Shown here in pieces: positions 53,425 to 63,938 of a stretch of DNA of 64,000 nt. The stretch is from Epithemia pelagica (taxonomy: Eukaryota; Protista; Bacillariophyta), in assembly GCA_946965045.2 (NCBI GenBank), contig OX337228.1, positions 1,860,001 through 1,924,000 of the forward strand, written 5' to 3'. Numbering within the stretch: position 1 is the stretch's first letter; each line of letters starts with the position of its first letter. Both the position numbers and the translations under genes were made by a program. The notes under the pieces were generated by a model. That model made no database searches and was not told the origin of the DNA. It saw only the letters and a list, made by a program, of their open reading frames with translations.

Positions 53425-54338
53425 GGTGGGCAGTACAGTGACTGGTTGGTTGTCTTCCGAAACAATGACCAACGAGTTGGTGGTTGGGTTTCAAGCCTTG
53501 ATTAGTCCGCTTTTGAGGCAAGAGTCTTTCTGTGTTGCTTCGTTTACACAAAGAACCGAAACCAGAACCGGAAATCAGAGAGAAAGGCACCCCAAGAAAA
53601 CCTTTGCGGTCTGCGCAAATATATCTAAGAATCAGGTGGGATTATCGTCGGGCCTCCTCTCGTCTATAGTGCGCAAAATTGAGGAGAGAGGATTGATTCG
53701 ATGTAGTTTCTTCGGTGTTTTTGTTTCGAAACGATGACAAGGAATGAAGGAAAAGGTCTCGTAGATATGCCAATTGCCAATGTCTTTTGAATGGAATCGG
53801 CCATACCTCCTCTTGCGTCTCTTTCTTCTTGTTGTGGTTGTTGGAGTACAACGGTCCGTCGCCAGCCAGCATAAAAATGGTTTACTTCTCAGAGAGCAAG
53901 TATCTCTGTTGGTCGCTATTACAGGAATCACAATCAGGCACCGTTGAAAACTCTCAGGCGTGTCTGAACGTAACCGCTGGAAAGTAGTAAAAACGAAGAG
54001 GCACCCACTCAAAAGACCAAACGGAACTCAGATGCGACTGAAAACTTTTTGAGGACATCTCAGTCGCGGGAAATGGCCCAAAGATATCTTTCAAAGATCT
54101 CTCGCCACAAAACAATCTTTCACCACCATGGAGGCCGTTCGAGCTGCAGAAACTTGTCAGGTGTTGGCCTACTTGCGCTTCTTGGATGACAAGGGTGTGA
54201 TTCCAACGACGAACAACAACAATGACACAAATTCTGTGATCTTTTGACAAAACATGAGACGCAAAAAGTACTCGTAGGTAGTACTTCAGGGAAACTTAGA
54301 ATATCTTCTGTAAACAATACTAACTGCGTAGACGATTG

Positions 54339-55004
54339 TGTTAGCTGTAATCTCTTCTCTAGGTCAACCTGCTCGCTCGTATGACGATGGGGCCCTCACC
54401 TTCACACTACGATCTAGGTTGACTCCGTTATACAAGGTTGCTTTGCAAACTTGTTGTTTATAAAGAAGTGAGATTAATCTATTGAATAGAGTGTTTTTCA
54501 TTTTGGATGCATCCTGAGATCATCGGCCATCGGAGAACATGTTCCTCCTCCAGCATTGGGAGCAAATCTTGAGGAACATGTTCCTAGGTATGTATATCTC
54601 TACTTGATGCCTACGGATGGGCCTAGAGGAACGTGTTCCAATTTGTGAGGAACTTGTTCCATTTTGAGACCTCGGTTTGGTTTCTTCGAGGATCATGTTC
54701 CATCCTCTTAGTATTCTGTTTTCTTCGATTTATGTAGCCTCATGTTCCGAATGAGGCTCGACTTGCTTTGACCTGTCCTGGATAGTACTGGGCTTAACTA
54801 AACTAGTTTGTAAATCTTGGCGTTTCTATATTCAACGGACAGCTGTTTGCTTGTCTCGACAAAGATACTTAAGGTGACGTAACGTACCGACAATTTGGCG
54901 CACCTCTTTTGTCTCTAGCTTAGACCAGCTATCTTTCCAGAGGCCGCCTCTAACTAAGCTAACTAAGCTAGGTGTACAAGTCTTGGTATAGGCATATTCT
55001 AACT
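54339..55004 (-). repeat. 3' LTR of element A (666 bp)
   Basis: Bounded by inverted termini TGTTAG (54339) and CTAACT (54999-55004, one mismatch from CTAACA); directly follows the PPT; contains a GGAACATGTTCC array. Confidence 0.75.
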
Positions 55005-55054
55005 CTCCCTCTCAGGGAGCGATTCTTGATTGTGACCTGTTCTGAAGAGGACGT

Positions 55055-56560
55055 TTACCATCCTTGGTTTAACTTGCGGCATCTTTCAAACATCTCTCTT
55101 CCTTGACATTTAGTGAAGTAGTCTGCTCGTTGATCTTCTGTAGCTACCATACTTACTTTGGTTCCTCCCGGGTGATCTCCTACATGCTCCCAGAAGAAAT
55201 GAAGGTAGGTGTTGAAATGTTTGGTTCTAGGTGTCAACCTTTGTTTGGTAGCGAGGTAGAACGCCCCAGTATTGTCCTCAAACACTTCAGAGTGGATGGT
55301 AGGTTTGTCGAACGGAAGGTCTAGATGTGCTAAGATTTCTTCAATTACTCGTCGGGTAGCTATCACACTGCGCATGGCTTGGGACAAGGCATGGTACTCA
55401 GCTTGGAGTGTGCTAAGTGCTACTGACGACTGAAGCTGAGATTTCCATATAAGTGGACAACCACAGAAACTTAGAATATAGCCCGTTCTGGATTTCGCAC
55501 TGACTGGATTATCTTGTGGCTCTCGCCCATGCAATCCGGCAAAATCTGCATCTACATAACAATCCAACTTGAAGTCTTTTGTTGGCGTGAATATAGTACC
55601 TTGGTCCTTGGTTCTTGCTAAGTACCGAACTATGGTTTTCACGGCTGCTGCGTGTGACTTCTTGGGTGCAGTGCTGAACCTGGCCACCTGGCTTACAGCG
55701 AATGCGATATCTGGTCGGGTGTTTGTTGCTAAATAGAGTAGCATTCCTACTACCGACCTATATTGCCACTTTTCTTTCATAGGTTCACCGTCTGGATCAC
55801 TTCCTAGTGCCAGTTGAGTGGCAGGTGTCCAGTTTGGATTGCAATCATGCATTCCGGTGGTCTCTATGATCTTGCTTATGAGCCCCTTTTGTGTCATTGA
55901 AATTGACTTGGTTTCATCATTCCGAATGAAATTTATGCCCAGATAGTCAGTAAAGTTTCCTTCTTTCTTGAGAGATAGACCCTATTTCTCTAGGCGTAGA
56001 ATTAGATCATCGATAAGCTTCATATGCGGAGCGCACACTCCGCAGTCATCCACCCATAGAAAGATAATGATATTGTCTTTGTACAATAGGCATTGATCGT
56101 GAGTGCTTATGGTGAATCCGTCTTCTTTTAGGGCCTTTACTAGGTGGTCGTACCACAATCTGGGTGCTGAAGAGAGTCCATATAGACTCTTGACGAGCTT
56201 GAGGCACGTTCGTCCAGGGCGACTAGACCTAAATCCTCTAGGTAGGTGTATCCAAACTGGTGTGGTTAGCTTGGCTTGGACGAATGCATTGTTGAAATCG
56301 AGGCATGCTAGTTCCCAGTTCAGGACTATGCTCAGGGTTAGGACGATCCTAATCGTGCTCCAATTTACCACTGGCGAGTAGTTCTCCTCCTCAGTCTCTT
56401 GGAGGTCACCTCGTACACAATATCGTGCCTTAAATTTCACGATTTCTCCGTCAGGTGAGCGTTTTCGCTTGAAGACCCATGTTCCTGGTAAAATTTGGGA
56501 CGATGCGTCTGATTGGTCTACCTCCTCCCAGGTCCCTTTTTCCTCTAGTTCTGTGATTTC
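55055..56560 (-). pseudogene. Copia reverse transcriptase-RNase H of element A, with in-frame stop at 55982-55984
   Basis: GTWVFKRKRSPDG..KARYCVRGDLQ, LVKSLYGL, LWVDD, YRSVVGMLLYL, YVDADFAG, ALSTLQAEY, ADYFTK; read-through LRLEK*GLSLKKEG is colinear with the family. Confidence 0.9.
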
Positions 56561-57171
56561 GTACAGATTGACGAACGTGCTTTCAAGACTCAACTTTGGT
56601 CTTGATATCCTATCAACGGACGATCATCCGTTGAACATACGAGCCTGACCTATGCCCTAAGCGTGCGCGCCCAAATTCGTCAAGATGCGCGCAAGAACTA
56701 TCCGAGCGTGGCGATCATGTATCCGACCCAACGGTCTAAGTACACAAGGCACGAATCACGATCACGCGAGACCATATCATCGTTCCCACTATTTCAAGAT
56801 TGCAAACAAGGACGCGCCAACAAAACTACATATACCAACTTTAGCCAAGAATCGTTGAGGCTGTATATGATTGATATACAAGCGCATATACATGTTATAT
56901 ACCTCACATACATCAACTCCAACCATTCCAGACCTATCACCGCCAAGAACCTATTTCACACGATCGACAACAAGAATGGAAATCTCACACACCAAACCTA
57001 GTAGTAAGCTCACAATCATTAACATTACCATATCATCACGTCTTCAGTGTCCTGACTATCCCTACGATAGAACCCTTGGGTTTCCTTTGTTCTCTGACCC
57101 GTGGAGAACCTTGGTATCAGTTGGTAATCGATTGTGGCTCTTCTAGAGCGTGTACTGACGGAATTCTACTA
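56561..57171 (+). repeat. Probable 5' LTR of element B, missing its 5' end
   Basis: Ends GAATTCTACTA, the near-perfect inverse of the 3' LTR start TAGTAGAACTC, and is followed by a PBS. The first 65 nt of the 3' LTR are not found here, so LTR-LTR identity is unverified and the left edge is approximate. Confidence 0.6.
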
Positions 57172-57182
57172 GATTAACAGTC
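57172..57182 (+). promoter_or_regulatory. Primer-binding site GATTAACAGTC, complementary to the tRNA-Asn(GUU) anticodon arm
   Basis: Reverse complement GACT-GTT-AATC is an anticodon stem-loop (tRNA nt 30-40); it abuts the inferred LTR end. Confidence 0.7.
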
Positions 57183-57210
57183 TCAACTGTCTCATTTCCC
57201 CGAAGTTTTC

Positions 57211-57990
57211 ATGTTCAGTGACTCCAATACTCCTATCCGTCGGATCTACAACGCTTTCCAGCAGAGTGGTGACCCAACACAGCAGATTGCCGTCCACCCT
57301 GGCAAATTCCTCATCGAGACGCCCTCTAACTCCCCGGAGAAGGCTAGCGCGCCTAATCCGTTCCAGACTCCTGATCAAGTCGTCCCTCCGCCGTCCGACC
57401 CGAATCGCCCGCCGAACACCCTTGCACGCCGACCGAGTACACCTCCTCGCCCGAACCCAACTCGCACCCGACGTACGAGCCGTCTCATCAACGCGCACCT
57501 CCGTTACTTCCGCGAGCCATCCGAGTATCAGAGCGACCCGGACCACATCCGTTCGACGCTCGAACACGAGGTCTCGTTCGAGTCCGTCCAACCCGTCGTC
57601 GACCTAGAGGATATCCAACGACTCCTAGACTTGCTATACCAATCTCCAAGCTACCGATACATAGCGACGACCCTATCGACCACCCCATCAGGCTGCCTTC
57701 GGGTACGCTTCCTTACTTTCCAGCGTCCGGTCAATTACTTCCATACCATTTGGGTCGTGAACAAGACTAACCAACCTCTTCCTACCTTGGCTACCCGTCT
57801 CGACGACTACGTTGGTTTCATCCACGTTATCAAGTTGCACCAGGACTTCCGTGCCACTTTCTTCCCTCTACTCACCCAACCAGTGAACCACCTAGTTGAG
57901 GACCACAACGGCAACGAAGAAGCTACCTCTGTTACTGAGTCTCCGATTCAACTTGATTCCCACAACGAGCCCAGAAGTGACCACGTTTAA
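57211..57990 (+). CDS. Extra ORF upstream of gag in element B (259 aa; Pro-rich N-half, folded-looking C-half)
   Basis: ATG 29 nt after the PBS, 780-nt open frame; no domain recognised. Confidence 0.55.
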   Translation: MFSDSNTPIRRIYNAFQQSGDPTQQIAVHPGKFLIETPSNSPEKASAPNPFQTPDQVVPPPSDPNRPPNTLARRPSTPPRPNPTRTRRTSRLINAHLRYFREPSEYQSDPDHIRSTLEHEVSFESVQPVVDLEDIQRLLDLLYQSPSYRYIATTLSTTPSGCLRVRFLTFQRPVNYFHTIWVVNKTNQPLPTLATRLDDYVGFIHVIKLHQDFRATFFPLLTQPVNHLVEDHNGNEEATSVTESPIQLDSHNEPRSDHV

Positions 57991-58070
57991 GTAATTTTAA
58001 GTAGTTTTCACACCAAACCAGAGACAAAACCGAGTTCCGCATATCCGGGTTACCTTTCGGACATCACATC

Positions 58071-58219
58071 ACACGTGGACATACGTGGCACATCCGGGTT
58101 CACAAGGCACACCACACATCCGGGTTACCAGTTTTTAACTAAAGTACACGTGGACATACGTGGCACATCCGGGTTCACAAGGCACACCACACATCCGGGT
58201 TACAAGTTTTAACTAAAGT
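58071..58219 (+). repeat. Two tandem 75/74-bp repeats in the gag leader of element B
   Basis: ACACGTGGACATACGTGGCACATCCGGGTT... at 58071 and 58146; ATCCGGGT occurs five times between 58043 and 58200. Confidence 0.9.
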
Positions 58220-58278
58220 TTTCGACTAAGACATCACAGGACACACATCAACATATCTTATCACCAAGTCAAGCAATC

Positions 58279-61200
58279 ATGGAACCAACTACACCGACCA
58301 CACCAGAGTTCAACACCAATCAAAGTTTATCTGATCAAGAAGTCTTTGATCATATTACTCAGGTGTTGTTCAACTTTTCCAAGGAAAGGGTCGATGTACT
58401 CGTGAAATGGATGCACCATCATGCTTTTGATGATATCCTTAGTATCATTGAACATATGGCAATTGACCCTGAGAAGAACATGGATAGTATGACAAAATAC
58501 AAGTCAGGAAAACAAATGCACGACCTACATGTCAATACAAGCCAGCAGATCAAGTTGCTTGCCCATTGGTTCCGACAAACGAGTATCGACATTCAGCAGG
58601 GTATACCTTCCAAGGCAACCTGGATGAATCTGACCAAGGCAGAATTTGATCTATGGAGGATAAACACTGACTTTCGCTCTGGAAGCCCTATCACTGACCC
58701 AGTATCACCTATGAAATCTCCATCCCATTCGACGTCACCCAAATCGTTTAGTACTACTTCTGCTGCATCACAGTCCCAACTGGACCTAACCGCATTCAAG
58801 AAGGGAACCAAGCGTGACGCTATGGCATATGAAACATTCAAGGATGAACGATACTACGACACGTTCTGGAGGACTTTCAAGACCACAGCAAAAGCCCAAG
58901 GTTTATCTAACGTTCTTGACTTCCGATACAAGCCGCCGACGAATGATACGTATGCAACAGAACTTTTCCAAGAGCAACAAATCTTCCTATACTCCGTCCT
59001 TGTGCGCATCATCCAGACTGATCAAGGAAGAGCTTATGTTCGCGAACATGAACATGATGAAGACGCACGAGCAGTGTTACAGAAGCTTCACACATTGCAT
59101 ACGAAGTCAGACTTAGCAAAACGAGAGGTCTTACGATTAACCAATTACATCTCCAACCTTCGCCTCGATGCTACATGGCGTGGATCATCACGTCAATTCT
59201 TGCTTCATTTCCAAGACAAACTACGTTTACTCGATAACCTTGTTGATCTCTCTGATCGCATACCTGATCACACCAGGATGACGTTTCTTATGCAAGCTGT
59301 CGAGAAGGTACCTGACCTTCGCAGAGTTAAAATCTTGGACAACGTCGTCAACACGAAGTCTGGAGCAAAGTCTTTATGTTATCAGTCGTACTTCTCCATT
59401 TTGATGGACGCAGCATATGACCATGATCAAGTCACGCAATCTTCTGCAACTGGTCGTCGTCGTAGTGTCAAGCAACACGAGCAACACGAAACACAACATA
59501 ATATTGAGGGATCCCTTCAGGAAGACGATGCATATCAGATAAACAATACCAATGTCCAAGATGATAACACGGCATCTCCAAAAGCCAGTCTTCCTCGTGA
59601 CCTATGGTTTAAACTTCCTGAGGATGCTCGCAAGATGATTGTTGAGTATAACAAGAACGTGCAAGCTTCTACTCCGAGTCCAAGAAAAGTACAGCAACAC
59701 TCCCTTGACATTGATCCTGAACCTGATCCTGACCCTGGTCAAGATGTTTTCGATGACCTGGACAACCCCACATATCCGCAGGATGATTCCGATCCAGCCA
59801 CCCATCTCATCCATCAAGCAATGACGTCAACCGACATCAATCACCCAGCTTCTGATTTGTCTAATGTTCTATCCAATGCCGCATCCAGGACGAGTAAGAA
59901 AGTTAGTTTCAAACAGAATGAGCACAAGCAGAAGGTCCACATGACTCAATATATGTTCTCTCGAAAGTCGACTTATACTGGGAATCAACTCATTGATCGT
60001 GGTGCCAATGGTGGTTTAGCCGGAGCTGATATGCGTATCCTTTCCAAGACAGGTCGTAACATCACGATTGTGGGAATCGACAACCATGAACTTACTGGTC
60101 TCCCCATTGTCACATGTGCTGCCAAGTTTGAAACTAATGATGGACCAATCGTTGGCATCTTCAACGAATATGCATACTATGGAAAAGGACAGTCTATACA
60201 TGCGCCTTGTCAATTGGAACATTATGGGCTATCTGTGGATGAACGTTCTGTCAAGGTGGATGGAAAGCAACGTATCACTACCCTTGATGGACGTGCTTTA
60301 CCTCTATGTATCAAGGATGGACTTGCCTTTATCCACTCATTAGGTATCCCTTCTGATGATGACATGGACCGATTGCCGCAAATCATCTTTACTTCGCCAT
60401 CTACTTGGGACCCCTCTGTTCTTGACCATACTCATTCAGATCCACAGCATGATGCTTCTACTACATGGCATCAGGTTGCGACCGACGGCAGTATGGCACG
60501 TTATCCATATGACACGTATGGGGAGTACACTGATCGGGTTGTCTGCAATCTCAATCTTCTCCTTGACCTTCCTTATGACCACGGACCCGACAACACCACA
60601 TATTTCTCTATCTATGCTGATGCTAATGGTGAAGACCCAACCCTTCAACATGCATCTGTCCATCGTCGTTATGTGGAAGAACATGATTGGAAACAATTTC
60701 GTCCCTTCTTTGGTTGGCAATCCGAGGAAGTTATTGCTGATACTTTCAAGCATACTACGCGACATGCTAATGTGACTTTTGACTGTGACACTCTCAAGAA
60801 ACATTTCAAGGCACGCAACCCTATCCTGAATCTACCACGTCGTCATGAACCCGTTGCTACCGATTCGATCTTTTCTGATACACCTGCTGTTGATCATGGT
60901 GGAAAGGTGGCTCAAATTTTTGTTGGCCGCGATACTCTTGTCACTGATATTTACGGTATCAAGTCTACCTAGCAATTTGTGAACACTCTTCAAGACAATA
61001 TACGCATGCGTGGTGTTATGGAGACACTCATTAGTGATGGGGGTTCATCTCTCATTTCCCATAAGGTTAAGGATATCCTTCGCACCTTGCTCATCGGGGA
61101 GTATCGCTCTGAACCATACCACCAGCATCAGAACAAAGCCGAGAATCGTTATCAGACCGTTAAACGAATGACGAACGCTATCATGAATGCAACTGGATGC

Positions 61201-63938
61201 CCGGCCAATGTTTGGTTACTTTGCCTTGAATATGTCTGTGACTTATTGAATCATTCTTCTTCACATGCACACTCTGGACGTACTCCTATTGAGGCTCTCA
61301 CCGGTCACCCTCCCGACATTTCGCACCTCCTGTTCTTTCCCTTCTGGGATGAAGTCTACTATCGTGTTGACCCCTCCGAACCGTCGTCTGGTCCCTACCC
61401 TTCTTTGACCGATGAGAAACTTGGCCATTGGGTTGGTTTTGCTCACAACGTTGGTGATGCTTTTACATGGAAGATTTTGTCTGCTGACAACCATATCCTC
61501 TACCGTTCCGCTGTTCGCCGTGTCGCTTCCACTACACCCAACCTTTGTGTGGATCGACCTTCAGGGGAGACGTCTCCGAAAGATGACACTGATAAGCAGG
61601 CTGACACTGTCTTCATTCGCAGTAAAAGTGAAGATCCATCCAAACCAATGCCTACAATCGATTACGAAGACATGATAGGACGCACTTTCCTATGCGACAC
61701 TGAAGAAAATGGGGAGCGTCATCGAGCACGCGTTGTCAAACGAGTTGTAGATCTTAATGAAGAATCACTCAAGCAAGAAGAACGCATCAAGTACATCTAC
61801 CGCAAGACAAATTCTGACGTTGATGAAATGATCTCTTATAACCAGTTAATGGAGTATATTGAGAGGGACAATCAAGCGCAGACCTCGGGAGATAATTTGT
61901 TCCGTTTCAGGGATGTTATTGCACATCAAGGCCCACTGTCTTCAACCGACCCGGATTATAAGGGGAGTAAGTATAACTTGCTTGTTAATTGGGAAACTGG
62001 GGAGACAACCTATGAACCACTCTCCCTTATTGCCAACGACGACCCAATCACCGTTGCCATATATGGAAAGAAGCATGGGCTCCTCAACGAACCAGGATGG
62101 AAACACCTGAAACGCTACGTCAAGACGAGTAAACGCCTGATACGTGCTGCAAAACAATCAAGGATCAAACAAGTACGTCGATCAGTCAAGTATAAGTTTG
62201 GATTCCAAGTCCCTCGAGATTACGCCGAGGCTGTCAATCTTGACAAACAAAATGGTACCACAAGGTGGCAAGACGCAACTGAATTGGAACTGTCTCAGAT
62301 ACAATCATATGAGACATTCAAGGACCATGGGAAGGCCATCTTCACAAATGGCAAGGTATCAAATGCACCTGAGGGATATCAAAAGATTCGAGTGCATCTC
62401 GTTTTTGATGTGAAACATGATGGTAGGCACAAGGCACGACTTGTTGCAGATGGACACTTGACAAAGGAACCTGTGGAAACGATCTACTCTGGAGTTGTTT
62501 CTATTCGCAACCTACGAATTGCTTTATTCCTTGGATCTCTGAACGATCTAGAAGTATGGGGAGCAGACATTGGGAATGCGTATCTTGAAGCATTGACTGG
62601 GGAGAAATTATATATTGTGGCAGGACCGAGCTAGAAGGTCACATCCTCATCATCTACAAGGCCCTCTATGGTCTCAAATCTTCAGGCGCACGATGGCATG
62701 ATGTCCTTTTTGACGTCCTCACCGATATGGGTTTCTCACCAAGCAAGGCAGATCCTGACATTTGGATGAGAAAAGCACCTGGGGAGGATTGCTACGAATA
62801 CATCGCCGTATATGTGGATGACTTAGCCATCATAGCTACTGACCCTGGAAACATTTGCAAAGTCTTCAAGGAAAAGTACAACTTCAAGCTTAAGGGAGAT
62901 GGACCTATTGACTATCACCTGGGATGCCGGTACACCAAGGACCCTGACGGAACCCTAGTCTCTGATCCACGTCGATACATTAGCAAAATGATGGACACCT
63001 TCGAACGTATCTTCAAAGAGAAACCCAAGAAGGCTAAAACCCCTCTCATTGCTGGTGATCACCCGGAATTGGACGACACCGAACTCCTTGATGAAGAAGG
63101 TACACAGCACTTCCAGACCTTGATTGGACAGCTTCAATGGGTGATTACAATTGGTCGCTTTGATGTTTTTACTGCTACGATGACCCTTTCCAGGTTCCGC
63201 GCAGCTCCAAGACAGGGACATCTCAACAGAGCTAAACGCATCTATGGATACCTTTTCAATCTTTCTGATGGTGCAATCAGATTCCGAATCGGAGAGCCCG
63301 ATTTCTCAAGCATTCCAAGTCAAGACTTTGATTGGAGTCGTACGGTCGATTCAGATACCAAGGAATACATCCCTCATGATTGCCCAGAACCACTTGGACG
63401 ATATGTGACGACAACGCACTATGTTGATGCTAACCTTATGCACGACATGATCACCGGAAAGTCTGTAACAGCCATCCTGCATCTCTTGAATGGGACACCA
63501 ATTGATTGGTACAGCAAACGACAGAGCACTGTGGAAACGGCAACATATGGATCAGAATTTGTGGCAGCAAGGACAGCAGTCGACCAAATCACTGAATTAC
63601 GGCATTCACTTCGTTACCTTGGAGTACCGATCAGGGATCGCAGTTATCTGTTTGGAGACAATCGATCTGTGGTTGTTAACGCAACAATGCCTCATTCTAT
63701 CTTGTCCAAGAGACATCATCTCCTTTCATATCACCGGGTACGAGAAGCGATAGCAGCGCAATACGTTGCATTCTATTGGAAGGATGGGAAGACCAACCCT
63801 GCCAACATCCTCAGCAAGCATTGGGAATTTGCAACTATTTGGCCTCTACTCAAGCCCCTATTGTTTTGGAGAGGAGAAGTTCAAGATCTCTACGAATCCA
63901 GCGATGACAAGGCTGAACCAACGAGCTGTGGGGAGTAG
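58279..63938 (+). pseudogene. gag-pol of element B, disrupted by a nonsense codon (60970-60972) and a frameshift (about 62628)
   Basis: gag (AFKKGTKRD..), protease LIDRGANGGLAG, integrase DDE (ATDSIF, LISDGG, QNKAENR), RT (YIAVYVDD) and RNase H; GIKST*QFVN splits the integrase; GGA CC|GAG CTA GAA shifts frame inside the RT. Confidence 0.9.

Larger units (their letters stand above)
54339..56560 (-). mobile_element. Ty1/copia LTR retrotransposon A, 5'-truncated (RT-RNaseH, PPT and 3' LTR only)
   Basis: Copia RT/RH motifs, PPT GAGAGGGAG at 55013-55005 and a 666-bp LTR; homology ends abruptly near 56560. Confidence 0.9.

Noticed and set aside
54534-54748. p53 response elements or heat-shock elements, or a CRISPR-like repeat array
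   Set aside because: GAACATGTTC fits RRRCWWGYYY but p53 is not known in diatoms; the GAA-TTC spacing is 4 nt rather than the 2 nt of an HSE; the repeats are too short and irregular for CRISPR and there are no cas genes.
57112-57120. TGGTATCAG resembling the classic tRNA-iMet PBS (TGGTATCAGAGC)
   Set aside because: Only 9 nt match, it is not preceded by an LTR terminus, and the inverted terminus plus a better-positioned PBS lie 50 nt downstream. Kept only as an alternative if the LTR boundary is wrong.
60970-60972. Programmed gag-pol stop-codon readthrough as in Tca2
   Set aside because: The stop falls inside the integrase, after the protease, not at the gag/pol boundary; a point mutation is simpler.
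62620-62640. Programmed -1 ribosomal frameshift
   Set aside because: No slippery heptamer; it lies mid-RT and residues are missing relative to the family pattern.
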